DNA of 64,000 nt, taken from Pyrinomonadaceae bacterium (lineage in GTDB: Bacteria; Acidobacteriota; Blastocatellia; Pyrinomonadales; Pyrinomonadaceae). The stretch covers positions 7,079 through 71,078 of the forward strand of contig JAVEDE010000012.1 in the NCBI GenBank assembly GCA_030841105.1. Reading direction: 5' to 3'. The stretch's first letter is position 1. Each line of letters begins with the position of its first letter. Both the position numbers and the translations under genes were made by a program. A model generated the notes under the pieces. The model saw only the letters and a program-made list of their open reading frames with translations, was not told the DNA's origin and did no database searches. Shown here in pieces: positions 55,843-64,000 of this stretch.

Positions 55843-57066
55843 GTGACCGAAACATCTCCCCGCACCATCGTCTGCCTCGCCAGTTATTTCAAGGGCGGGG
55901 AGTTCCTGCGCGAGTGCCGACGGCAGAACTGCCGCGTCGTCCTCGTCACGAAAGAGAAGTGGCGCACCGAAGCGTGGCCGCACGACTCGATTGACGAGTT
56001 CGTCACGCTGCCGAACGACGCCTCGCCCGATCACTTCATCTACGCCGTCACGCAAGTTGCGCGTCGTCATAAGGTGGCGCGCGTCGTCGCGCTCGAAGAG
56101 TTCGACGTGATCACGGCCGGGTTGATCCGCGAGCACCTGCGCCTGCCCGGTCTGACGAGCGCGGAGGCGCGCCTGTTCCGCGACAAGCTGGCGATGCGCG
56201 GTGCGGCCGAGGCCGCGCGCGTCCGCGTGCCGGAGTTCGTCCACGTGCTCAACTACGCGGAGTTGGACGAGTTCATGCGTCGCGTGCCGCCGCCGTGGGT
56301 CTTGAAGCCGCGCACGGACGTGTCGGCCATCGGCATCAAGAAGGTGGAGGACGCCGAACAGGTCTGGCGCGCGATTGACGCGCTCGACGCGCGCGAGCGG
56401 CTCAACGAGCAGTCGTCCTTTTACCTGCTCGAACGTTTCGTCGCGGGCGAGGTTTATCACGTTGACTCGATCATCTCCGGGGGCAAGGCGGTGTTCGCGG
56501 GCGTCAGCGTCTACGGGCGGCCGCCGATGAACGTCGCGCACGACGGCGGCGTCTTCATCTCGCACTCGCTCGAACGCACAAACCCGGATCGGCGGAAGCT
56601 GTTGGAGATCAACCGGCAGGTCGTCAAAGCGCTCGGCCTGCGCCGCGGCGCGACGCATGCGGAGTTCATCAAGAGCGCGGCGGACGGCCAGCTTTATTTT
56701 CTCGAAATCGCCGCGCGCGTCGGCGGCGCGTACATCGCCGAGTCGTTGGAGGCGGCCAGCGGTCTCAACATCTGGCGCGAGTGGGCGAAGCTCGAACTGA
56801 GCGACGACCTCACGCGCCCGTATGTCGCCGAACCCACGCGCGAAGAGTACGGCGGCATCGTGCTCTCGCTCGCGCGGCAGGAGTGGCCGGACACAGATCA
56901 TTACACGGACGCGGAGATCGTCTACCGCGTGCGTAAGGCCTACCACGTCGGCCTCGTCGTGCGCTCGCCCGAACTCGCCCGCGTGCGCGAGTTGCTGCAA
57001 ACTTACGCCTGCCGCTTCGCAGACGAGTTCATCGCCGTCGCGCCGCCGCTCGAACGCGCGGAATGA
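55843..57066 (+). CDS. ATP-grasp domain protein (paralog A)
   Basis: GTG 55843 (VTETSPRTIVCLASYFKG) aligns with the paralog's MTNQTRPLTVLCIASYEKG. ATP-grasp blocks are FRDKLAMR, WVLKPR and YFLEIAARVGGA. Confidence 0.8.
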   Translation: MTETSPRTIVCLASYFKGGEFLRECRRQNCRVVLVTKEKWRTEAWPHDSIDEFVTLPNDASPDHFIYAVTQVARRHKVARVVALEEFDVITAGLIREHLRLPGLTSAEARLFRDKLAMRGAAEAARVRVPEFVHVLNYAELDEFMRRVPPPWVLKPRTDVSAIGIKKVEDAEQVWRAIDALDARERLNEQSSFYLLERFVAGEVYHVDSIISGGKAVFAGVSVYGRPPMNVAHDGGVFISHSLERTNPDRRKLLEINRQVVKALGLRRGATHAEFIKSAADGQLYFLEIAARVGGAYIAESLEAASGLNIWREWAKLELSDDLTRPYVAEPTREEYGGIVLSLARQEWPDTDHYTDAEIVYRVRKAYHVGLVVRSPELARVRELLQTYACRFADEFIAVAPPLERAE

Positions 57067-57142
57067 GTTTGACGCGCGCTCGGCGTCAAACGTCGCCGAC
57101 CGGAGTTAAGTCCTCAACCACCTATCAGGAGTTAAACCTCAG

Positions 57143-58252
57143 ATGCGGAAAATCTTCCAAGCGGCAATCCTCTCGCTGCTCTTACTCGCTCTCGTCTTCA
57201 ACGCCGCCGCGCAAGTTCCGGCGACCGCGCAGACAGAAGCCGCGTGGGAAACTTACACCTTCGACGGCGAAGAGTTTTCCGTCGCGCTGCCGGAGATGCC
57301 CGTGCTCGATCATTCGGGACGTTACGTCAACGGATTCCCTGATAGAGACGGCACGGCGCGCAGCTACGGGGCATACCGCGACGACGTGGTCTACCTGATC
57401 CGCGCCTTCGACAAGCCGCGCGCGGGCGAAGACCTCGACTACTTCGCCGGAGATTACCTGCGTACATTCCCCTTAGCGCGTGAGATACCCGAATTCAAAG
57501 CGCAGCGCGAGTTGTCGCGCGGTAAGTTTCCCGGCCGTCAATACGCCATCGTCAACAACGTCTCGTCGTCGAGCTTGCCCGCCTCTTCGCTCTACGTTTT
57601 CCTGACCAAGCGGCACGCTTACGTCCTGCGCGCCGTCGGGGGCGACGACGATCATCCCGGCGTGCGACGCTTCATCAATTCATTTACGTTGTCGGATAAG
57701 CCCGCCGGGCGGCAGGTCTTGGACGAGAGTCTCTCGATGCCTTCACTCGCACCCGTCGCCGCAGCCGCGCCGTGGTCGCCGGACAAAAAGAGGCCGCCCG
57801 CAAGCGACCCGCAAACGGGCGGGAGCGCGCCGCAGGCGAGCGGCGTTGCACCACCGCGCGGCGAGAAGCCCGGCGTCGGCACGGGCATGGGCGTCGGCAT
57901 GGGCAGGGGCGAAGGCGGCAGCGGCGTGTCGAAACCCGTCAGTGGCGAAGTGGACTACACGCGCACCTTCCGCTCCAGCGAGGTGTCACGGAAGGCTCAG
58001 ATCATTCACAAGCCCGAACCGCGCTACACGGAAGAGGCGCGCAAGAATGAAGTGACCGGCACGGTGCGCCTGCGCCTCGTGGTCACGGCTGACGGGAAAG
58101 TCTCAAACATCGTGCCCTTGTCGCGCTTGCCCGACGGCCTGATTGTGACGGCGACCATCGCGGCCAAGCACATCAAGTTCATCCCGGCCGTCAAGGACGG
58201 GCGCAAAGTCTCGCAGTACGTCACCATCGAATACAACTTCCACATCTACTGA
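57143..58252 (+). CDS. Secreted TonB C-terminal domain protein (paralogous C-terminus to 54277-55677)
   Basis: Signal peptide MRKIFQAAILSLLLLALVFNAAAQ and a Gly-rich linker. The C-terminus, KPEPRYTEEARKNEVTGTVRLRLVV...GRKVSQYVTIEYNFHIY, is nearly identical in pattern to the upstream paralog. Confidence 0.7.
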   Translation: MRKIFQAAILSLLLLALVFNAAAQVPATAQTEAAWETYTFDGEEFSVALPEMPVLDHSGRYVNGFPDRDGTARSYGAYRDDVVYLIRAFDKPRAGEDLDYFAGDYLRTFPLAREIPEFKAQRELSRGKFPGRQYAIVNNVSSSSLPASSLYVFLTKRHAYVLRAVGGDDDHPGVRRFINSFTLSDKPAGRQVLDESLSMPSLAPVAAAAPWSPDKKRPPASDPQTGGSAPQASGVAPPRGEKPGVGTGMGVGMGRGEGGSGVSKPVSGEVDYTRTFRSSEVSRKAQIIHKPEPRYTEEARKNEVTGTVRLRLVVTADGKVSNIVPLSRLPDGLIVTATIAAKHIKFIPAVKDGRKVSQYVTIEYNFHIY

Positions 58253-58310
58253 GCGCGGCGCGAACGCGCAGGCACTTCAACACGGCGAATGCTTCGACCG
58301 GGAGACGACT

Positions 58311-59531
58311 CTAACTCGTCGGGCGGTCGCTCGGCGGGTGGACGGCGTGGAAGTCGCGGTAGAAACGCTCGGAGTAATCGGCCAACAGATGCTCGACGCG
58401 CGCCGGGTCGTGCGACATGACGATGAGGCCGACGTGCGACTCCTTGTTCATGCGCCAGACGATTTCGGGGTCGTCGTAGTTCGACGTGTCGGGGTAACGC
58501 TCGCGCGCGAGGGAGACGAGCAGCCCGGCGTAGTCTTCGCGGCGCGGCGGCAGTTCGTACCCGCCCGCGCGGCCGCCCGCGATCTCGATCCGCGCCCACT
58601 CGCGCCAGAGGTTGACGCCGGTCGCCGCCTCGACGAGTTCGACGATGTTCGCGCCGCCGACGCGCGCCGCCGTTTCGAGAAAGTAGAACTCGCCGTCCTC
58701 GCGCCCCTTGATGAATTCCGTGTGCGAGACGCCGTAGGGCAGGCGCATCGCGCGCAGCACGGCGCGGTTGATCTCCTGCAAGGCCGTTTCGTCCTCTGTG
58801 CCGCGCACGCAGGTGCGCGTGGTGAAGATGCCGCCGCCGTGCGCCACGTCGAGCGGCGGGTGGCCGTAGCGGTTGACGGCGGCGAAGAGGACTTCGGAGT
58901 CGTAGACGATGGAGTCCACGTGGTAGATGTCGCCGGGCACGTAGCGTTCGAGGACGTGGAAGCACTGTCGGTCGGCGAGCGCGTCGAGCGCAGGCCAGAG
59001 CTCGTCGGCCTCCCGGATCTTTTTGATGCCCGTGGCAGAAGCCTCGAAGCGCGGCTTCAAGAGCCACGGCGCGGGCACGCGGCGCATGTAATTGCGGAGG
59101 CGTTCGTAGTTGAGGGCGTGCTCGAATTCGGGCACGGCGATGCCCGCCTCCTGCGCCTGCATCCGCATGGCGAGCTTGTCGCGGAAGTAGCGCGTGGTGG
59201 TGTCGCCCATGCCGGGGACGCGCAGGTGTTCGCGCAAGGCGGCGGCAGTCTCCAAGTCGAAATCGTCGAGCGGGACGATGCGGTCAATCTCCTCTGTGCG
59301 CGCCACGTAAGAGACGCTCTTGATCACGTCTTCGAGAATCCACTTGTGATCGTTGTCGGGCATGTAGAAGATTTCGTCGAGACTCTCGCGCGGCCAGTCG
59401 GCGTCGCGGATGCTGTAGGACGTGAGCAGCAGGACGCGGCAACCCTGCCGCTTGCACTCGCGCATGAACTCCTGACCCTTTTCGTAACTGGCGATGCAGA
59501 GGACTGTGAGCGGGCGTGTCTGGTTCGTCAT
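58311..59531 (-). CDS. ATP-grasp domain protein (paralog B)
   Basis: 406 aa, collinear with 55843-57066 (FRDKLAMR, WLLKPR, YFLETAARVGGA). Confidence 0.85.
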   Translation of the reverse strand: MTNQTRPLTVLCIASYEKGQEFMRECKRQGCRVLLLTSYSIRDADWPRESLDEIFYMPDNDHKWILEDVIKSVSYVARTEEIDRIVPLDDFDLETAAALREHLRVPGMGDTTTRYFRDKLAMRMQAQEAGIAVPEFEHALNYERLRNYMRRVPAPWLLKPRFEASATGIKKIREADELWPALDALADRQCFHVLERYVPGDIYHVDSIVYDSEVLFAAVNRYGHPPLDVAHGGGIFTTRTCVRGTEDETALQEINRAVLRAMRLPYGVSHTEFIKGREDGEFYFLETAARVGGANIVELVEAATGVNLWREWARIEIAGGRAGGYELPPRREDYAGLLVSLARERYPDTSNYDDPEIVWRMNKESHVGLIVMSHDPARVEHLLADYSERFYRDFHAVHPPSDRPTS

Positions 59532-59548
59532 CTAACTTGCGAACTCCT

Positions 59549-59917
59549 TCAAGAATTCCAAAAATCGCTGGTGATGATGCGGCGCGCTTCTTCGAGTGAA
59601 AGGTCGCCGCGCGAGAGTTTGAAGGCGATGGTCTCTTCGTAATCCGTGATGCCGGCGCGCGTGCGCCGCGCGGCCTGTTCGGGGGTGAACCCCAGCAATT
59701 CGAGCGCTGCGGCCTGTCGCGGAGCGAAGCAACGCGCGGCGAGCCAGTCGTCAACTTCTTCCGCGTCGGTGAAGCCCGCGTCGAGCCACGCCTGCGCTGC
59801 CGTGTCGGGACTCGCGCCGCCGGGCAGCGCGTCGCCGCCGTGCCGGCGGAGCGTCTCGCCAATGAGCCGGATGAGCGCGGCGGGCGGTGTAGGAGGTGCG
59901 GCGTTGTCGTTCGTCAT
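59549..59917 (-). CDS. Hypothetical protein upstream of ATP-grasp B
   Basis: 122 aa with high GC3, 17 nt upstream of the ATP-grasp start. I recognise no family. Confidence 0.5.
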   Translation of the reverse strand: MTNDNAAPPTPPAALIRLIGETLRRHGGDALPGGASPDTAAQAWLDAGFTDAEEVDDWLAARCFAPRQAAALELLGFTPEQAARRTRAGITDYEETIAFKLSRGDLSLEEARRIITSDFWNS

Positions 59918-60108
59918 AAAAGTCTTTCCGTGTTCGCGCGAATAATTGCAGTCGGCTAATCTATAGCGCGGACGCGCCCGTTGCCAAGCGTGGGCGCGGG
60001 CTGTGACGCCGGGCGGGCGGGTCGGCGGGCGAGGGCACGCGCCGCGCGCTTCCTTTTACGCGGGGCGCGATTGCATAATGTCGCCACCGGGTTTGACAGT
60101 TTTTTCGA

Positions 60109-60768
60109 GTGACTATGACTTTCACCACCGTCGGCGTCGGGGGCTTTGCCTCGAACGCGGGCAAGACCACTTTGATGTGCGAACTGCTCCGGGCGTTACC
60201 GCCCGGTTGGGAGGCCATCAAGATCACGCGCGGTCATTATCGTTCGTGCGGCAAAGACCCGCACGCGTGCTGCGTCAGCCACCTGCTCGCGGATGAACCC
60301 GTGATTCGTTCGGGGCGCGCGGAGACTTACGCGGCGGGCAAAGATACGGGGCGATACTGGGACGCCGGGGCGTCGAACGTCCACTGGGTCGTGGTGACGG
60401 ACAAGCAGGTCGAGCGCGGCATCAAGTCTGCGTTGGAACGCGTGCGGACGACGGGCGTGCTCATCGAGGGCACGAGTTTCGTCCAGTTCGTCGCCGTTGA
60501 TTTGATGTTGATGGCGGCGCGCGCCGGGTCGGGCGCGGAGCGAATCAAGCCTTCGGCGCGTCGCGCGCTCGCCAAGACGGACGCGCTCTATCTATTCGAC
60601 GACGGCGCGGATGCAAACGACGCGCGCTCGCGTTTCGACGCGTGGCGCACGACGGCGGACGCGGCGGGCGAAAATTCGACGCGCGACATCCCGGTCTACA
60701 CGAGAGAAGATTTGCCGCGTCTGGTCGAGCGCGTGCGAGAGATTCAACGCGGCGTCGCTGCCGCCTGA
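60109..60768 (+). CDS. MobB-like P-loop NTPase
   Basis: Walker A GGFASNAGKTTL. AIKITRGHY..GKD and GKDTGRYWDAGA resemble the MobB IKH.HH / GKDS.R...AGA blocks. Confidence 0.5.
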   Translation: MTMTFTTVGVGGFASNAGKTTLMCELLRALPPGWEAIKITRGHYRSCGKDPHACCVSHLLADEPVIRSGRAETYAAGKDTGRYWDAGASNVHWVVVTDKQVERGIKSALERVRTTGVLIEGTSFVQFVAVDLMLMAARAGSGAERIKPSARRALAKTDALYLFDDGADANDARSRFDAWRTTADAAGENSTRDIPVYTREDLPRLVERVREIQRGVAAA

Positions 60769-60802
60769 AAGTTAAATTTCAACGAGCCGAGAGGAGAAAC
60801 TT

Positions 60803-60985
60803 ATGTCGGACAATGATCGCGAGAAGAAGGACGGCGAACGCAGGGACGGGGATCGCGCGGAGATGCACGAGGCCGTCGCGGAGCGCGCGGCGGGGCAGAA
60901 GCCCGCCGAGTTGCCGCGCGACAAGTCGAACCACTTGATCGGCGACGACGAGACGGCCGAGCAGTTGAAAGAAGACGCGAGCTAG
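60803..60985 (+). CDS. Small acidic hypothetical protein
   Basis: 60 aa with a strong GAGGAG RBS 7 nt upstream. Confidence 0.4.
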   Translation: MSDNDREKKDGERRDGDRAEMHEAVAERAAGQKPAELPRDKSNHLIGDDETAEQLKEDAS

Positions 60986-61047
60986 CACGCAGTTGAAAAG
61001 ATGCGACCGAAGACGCAGTTGAAAGAAGAGACGAGTTAAAAAATCGT

Positions 61048-61548
61048 ATGCCCGAAGGCCGCGCCTACATCCATCAACTGAATTGTTCCGACGGCGGCGT
61101 GCCGAAACTCCCGGTCGCGGAAGCGCAACTGACCGAGACCGGACTCGACCGCGACCGCCAGCGAGTCCCGTTCATTCACGGCGGGACGCAGCGCGCCCTC
61201 TGCCTCTACTCGCTCGAAGTGATTCAGGCGTTACAGGCCGAAGGCCATCCGATCTATCCGGGGTCAATCGGCGAGAACGTCACGGTCGCGGGTCTCGTCT
61301 GGTCGCAACTCGCGCCCGGTTGTCGTCTCGCTCTGGGCGACGAAGTGGTAATTGAAATCACCTCCTACGCCAACCCGTGCCGCACCATCCGCGCTTCATT
61401 TGACGGCGGCAAGTTTAAGCGCACCTCGCAGAAGCAGCACGCGGGCGAGTCGCGCCTCTACGCGCGCGTCATACGCACGGGGCGGCTCGCCGCCGGTCAA
61501 ACGGTGCGCTTGCTGTGCGGCGAAGGCGAGGCGGCCGGAGAGGCTTAA
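61048..61548 (+). CDS. MOSC domain-containing protein
   Basis: GSIGENVTVAGL...LALGDEVVIEITSYANPC is a typical MOSC beta-barrel signature with the conserved Cys. Confidence 0.8.
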   Translation: MPEGRAYIHQLNCSDGGVPKLPVAEAQLTETGLDRDRQRVPFIHGGTQRALCLYSLEVIQALQAEGHPIYPGSIGENVTVAGLVWSQLAPGCRLALGDEVVIEITSYANPCRTIRASFDGGKFKRTSQKQHAGESRLYARVIRTGRLAAGQTVRLLCGEGEAAGEA

Positions 61549-61560
61549 AGGTAATCGAAC

Positions 61561-62148
61561 GTGAACAGCAACAGCGCGCTCATCCTCGTTGACATCCAGA
61601 ACGACTTTTGTCCGGGCGGCTCGCTCGCCGTGAAAGAGGGCGACCGGATTGTGCCCGCGGTCAACGAACTGCAAAAGCGTTTCGCGCTTGTCGTCGCGAC
61701 GAAGGACTGGCATCCGGCGGGGCACTCTAGTTTCGAGACGCTCTGGCCGCCGCACTGCGTGCAGGAGACGGCGGGCGCGGAGTTCGTCGCGGCGTTGGAC
61801 ACGAGCCGCGTCGCGCGCGTCTTTTTGAAGGGCACGGACTTGGAGATTGATTCCTACAGCGGCTTCTTCGACAACGAGCACCTGCGCGCGACCGGACTCG
61901 GCGATTACTTGAAAGAGCGCGGCGTGACCGATGTCGTCGTAGTCGGACTCGCCACAGACTACTGCGTGAAGTTCACCGCGCTCGACGCCGTGATGCTCGG
62001 CTTCAACACGACGGTCGTCGCCGACGCCTGCCGCGGCGTTGAAGTGAACGAGGGCGACACGCGGCGCGCCTTCGCAGAGATGGCGGCGGCCGGGGTACAC
62101 ATCACGGAGAGCCGTCAATTGCTCGACGCGCGTGCGTCTGAAAGTTAA
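61561..62148 (+). CDS. pncA: Nicotinamidase/pyrazinamidase (isochorismatase family)
   Basis: ALILVDIQNDFCPGGSLAV, ATKDWHP and GLATDYCV (catalytic Cys). GTG start. Confidence 0.85.
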   Translation: MNSNSALILVDIQNDFCPGGSLAVKEGDRIVPAVNELQKRFALVVATKDWHPAGHSSFETLWPPHCVQETAGAEFVAALDTSRVARVFLKGTDLEIDSYSGFFDNEHLRATGLGDYLKERGVTDVVVVGLATDYCVKFTALDAVMLGFNTTVVADACRGVEVNEGDTRRAFAEMAAAGVHITESRQLLDARASES

Positions 62149-62202
62149 CCGCGCGTGTGAATTTTTAAGTTATCAACCCGAACGTCTAACAGGAGAAACT
62201 CG

Positions 62203-62496
62203 ATGCGACGCACATACACGATTCTCACCACGCTCGCCCTCATCACGCTCTTCGCCGGTTGCACCGCGGAGCGAGTGACCTCGCCCGCCAACGGCAACAA
62301 CGCGAACTCCGCGGGCGCGGCGAGCAACAGCAACGGCGCAGGCACGAGGGACGGCATCGGGCCGAGGGACACAGGCATCGGCGGCACGAGCGAGGGCAAC
62401 GCCAACTCTGCGGTCAAGGGCAACTCCAACGTCGAACCGACGGGCGTCAACAAGAACGCCGGGCGCGATACGCCAGCGAATGCCAACAAACCTTAA
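62203..62496 (+). CDS. Small lipoprotein, Asn/Gly/Ser-rich
   Basis: Lipobox LITLFAGC after a basic N-terminus. The mature part is low complexity. Confidence 0.55.
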   Translation: MRRTYTILTTLALITLFAGCTAERVTSPANGNNANSAGAASNSNGAGTRDGIGPRDTGIGGTSEGNANSAVKGNSNVEPTGVNKNAGRDTPANANKP

Positions 62497-62629
62497 CGCG
62501 CCCGCTCACACTGAGACGCGCCGCACGCTTCACGCGCACGCAGAGGCGGCGCGCTGCTACCGCGTCAAATAAAAGACGGCGGCCGGGAGATTCTCCCGGC
62601 CGCCGGCTGTGCGTTTAGCTTTAAAGCGC

Positions 62630-64000
62630 TTAGTGCTGAACGCCTTCGATGAAGGCTTTCAGGAGACGCGAGCGCGAGGGGTGGCGCAGTTTGCGTAGCG
62701 CTTTCGCCTCGATCTGGCGGATGCGTTCGCGCGTCACGCTGAAGTCTTTGCCCACCTCTTCGAGCGTGTGCTCCTCGCCGACGGGGCCGAGGCCGTAGCG
62801 CATCTTGATCACTTTCTCTTCACGCGGCGACAGGGTGGCGAGCACCTCGTCAGTGATCTCGCGCAAATTCGCCGCGACCACCGAGTCGGCCGGGTTGACG
62901 CGCCCCTTGTCTTCGATGAAGTCGCCGAGGTGCGAGTCTTCCTCTTCGCCGATGGGCGTTTCCAGAGAGATCGGCTGCTGCGCCAGTTTGAAGACGCTGC
63001 GCACCTTCGAGACGGGCATGTCAACCTTCTGCGCGATCTCCTCGCTCGTCGGCTCGCGCCCCAACTCCTGCACGAGAGCGCGACTGGTGCGGACGAGTTT
63101 GTTGATGGTCTCGATCATGTGGACGGGGATGCGGATCGTGCGCGCCTGATCCGCGATGGCGCGCGTGATGGCCTGTCGAATCCACCACGTCGCGTAGGTC
63201 GAGAACTTGTAGCCGCGCCGCCAGTCGAACTTCTCCACCCCGCGCATGAGTCCGATGTTGCCCTCTTGAATGAGGTCGAGGAACTGCAAGCCGCGGTTCG
63301 TGTACTTCTTCGCGATCGAGACGACGAGACGCAAATTCGCTTCCGTCAACTCGCTCTTGGCCTCGATGGTCTCGGCGACGCTGCGCGCGATGGACTGGTG
63401 CGAACGCTTGATCTCAAGGATGGGAACTTCGTGCTCGGCCTCGATCTCTTTGAGCCGCTTCTTGGCCGAAGAGATGTGCTTTTTGAAATCCTTCTCCTGC
63501 TCCGGCTTGATGCGCTTGGCGTGGAGCTTCTCGGTGTACTTCTCGATCTCGCGCTCGGCCGTGCGGATGTCTTTGTGGACGGCGGCGATGGCGTCAATGA
63601 GACGTTGGCGCGTCGCGTCTTTCAACGTGAGTTGCTTCATCTCCTGCGCGATCTCCAAGCGCGCGCCCGCCACCTTGCGACGCAGGCGCATCACTTTCTT
63701 GCTGCGCTTGCCGCGCGTCACCTGCTGCTCGGCGCGCAGTTTCTCCCAATCCTTCAAGCCACCTTGAAAGAGCACGTTGATCTTCTCGATGCCTTCGAGC
63801 GTCCAACGTTGATACTCTTCGGTCTTGTCTTCGAGGTCAGCCACGTCGGCCTGATCGGCGAACGCCACCACGTCGCGTATGCTGAGCATCCCGGCGTCAA
63901 TGTCCTCGCCGATCTGCAAGAGTTCTTTAAGCGCGATGGGCGAGCGCGCCAGCGACTTGTGCGTGCGGTTCTGGCCGCGTTCGATGCGCTTGGCGATGGA
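62630..64000 (-). CDS. rpoD: RNA polymerase sigma factor RpoD (5' end beyond the window)
   Basis: Regions 2.x ([52 protein letters not shown]), 3 and 4.2 ([29 protein letters not shown]). The frame stays open to nt 64000. Confidence 0.9.
   Translation of the reverse strand, partial: SIAKRIERGQNRTHKSLARSPIALKELLQIGEDIDAGMLSIRDVVAFADQADVADLEDKTEEYQRWTLEGIEKINVLFQGGLKDWEKLRAEQQVTRGKRSKKVMRLRRKVAGARLEIAQEMKQLTLKDATRQRLIDAIAAVHKDIRTAEREIEKYTEKLHAKRIKPEQEKDFKKHISSAKKRLKEIEAEHEVPILEIKRSHQSIARSVAETIEAKSELTEANLRLVVSIAKKYTNRGLQFLDLIQEGNIGLMRGVEKFDWRRGYKFSTYATWWIRQAITRAIADQARTIRIPVHMIETINKLVRTSRALVQELGREPTSEEIAQKVDMPVSKVRSVFKLAQQPISLETPIGEEEDSHLGDFIEDKGRVNPADSVVAANLREITDEVLATLSPREEKVIKMRYGLGPVGEEHTLEEVGKDFSVTRERIRQIEAKALRKLRHPSRSRLLKAFIEGVQH

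Overview
This is GC-rich bacterial chromosome. Spot counts of single 60-nt lines give about 65-73% G+C. The gene content (DUF1501, ECF sigma plus TonB-C proteins, a giant alpha-2-macroglobulin) is compatible with Acidobacteriota-like bacteria, but I cannot confirm the taxon.

Most of the window is housekeeping: birA, coaX, an rlmD-like gene, comEC, comEA, ftsK, prfB, lnt, a glycosylation cluster, selD, pncA and a partial rpoD.

Five things stand out.
1. A ~7.6 kb AT-rich integrative island (27998-35647) sits in tRNA-Glu(UUC). It is bounded by a 51-bp direct repeat and carries a tyrosine integrase and an Xis-like HTH. Its cargo includes an XRE regulator, a 3-TM protein and a class III nucleotidyl cyclase. 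I read this cassette as a Pycsar-like cyclic-nucleotide abortive-infection module with atypical gene order and a Cys-rich cyclase tail.
2. Tandem heptanucleotide arrays (STRR-like) are pervasive and often form inverted arms. One family, CTYGTCA, lies in sense orientation 4-14 nt upstream of the start codons of four unrelated genes.
3. selD has an in-frame UGA (selenocysteine) and is translationally coupled to two SAM methyltransferases.
4. prfB has the classic +1 frameshift site.
5. A ~2080-aa thioester (CGEQ) alpha-2-macroglobulin carries three pseudopilin-like inserts. Next to it is a duplicated TonB-C protein / ATP-grasp module beside an ECF sigma factor.

All functional calls come from motif recognition by eye in the supplied translations. 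No database search was run.
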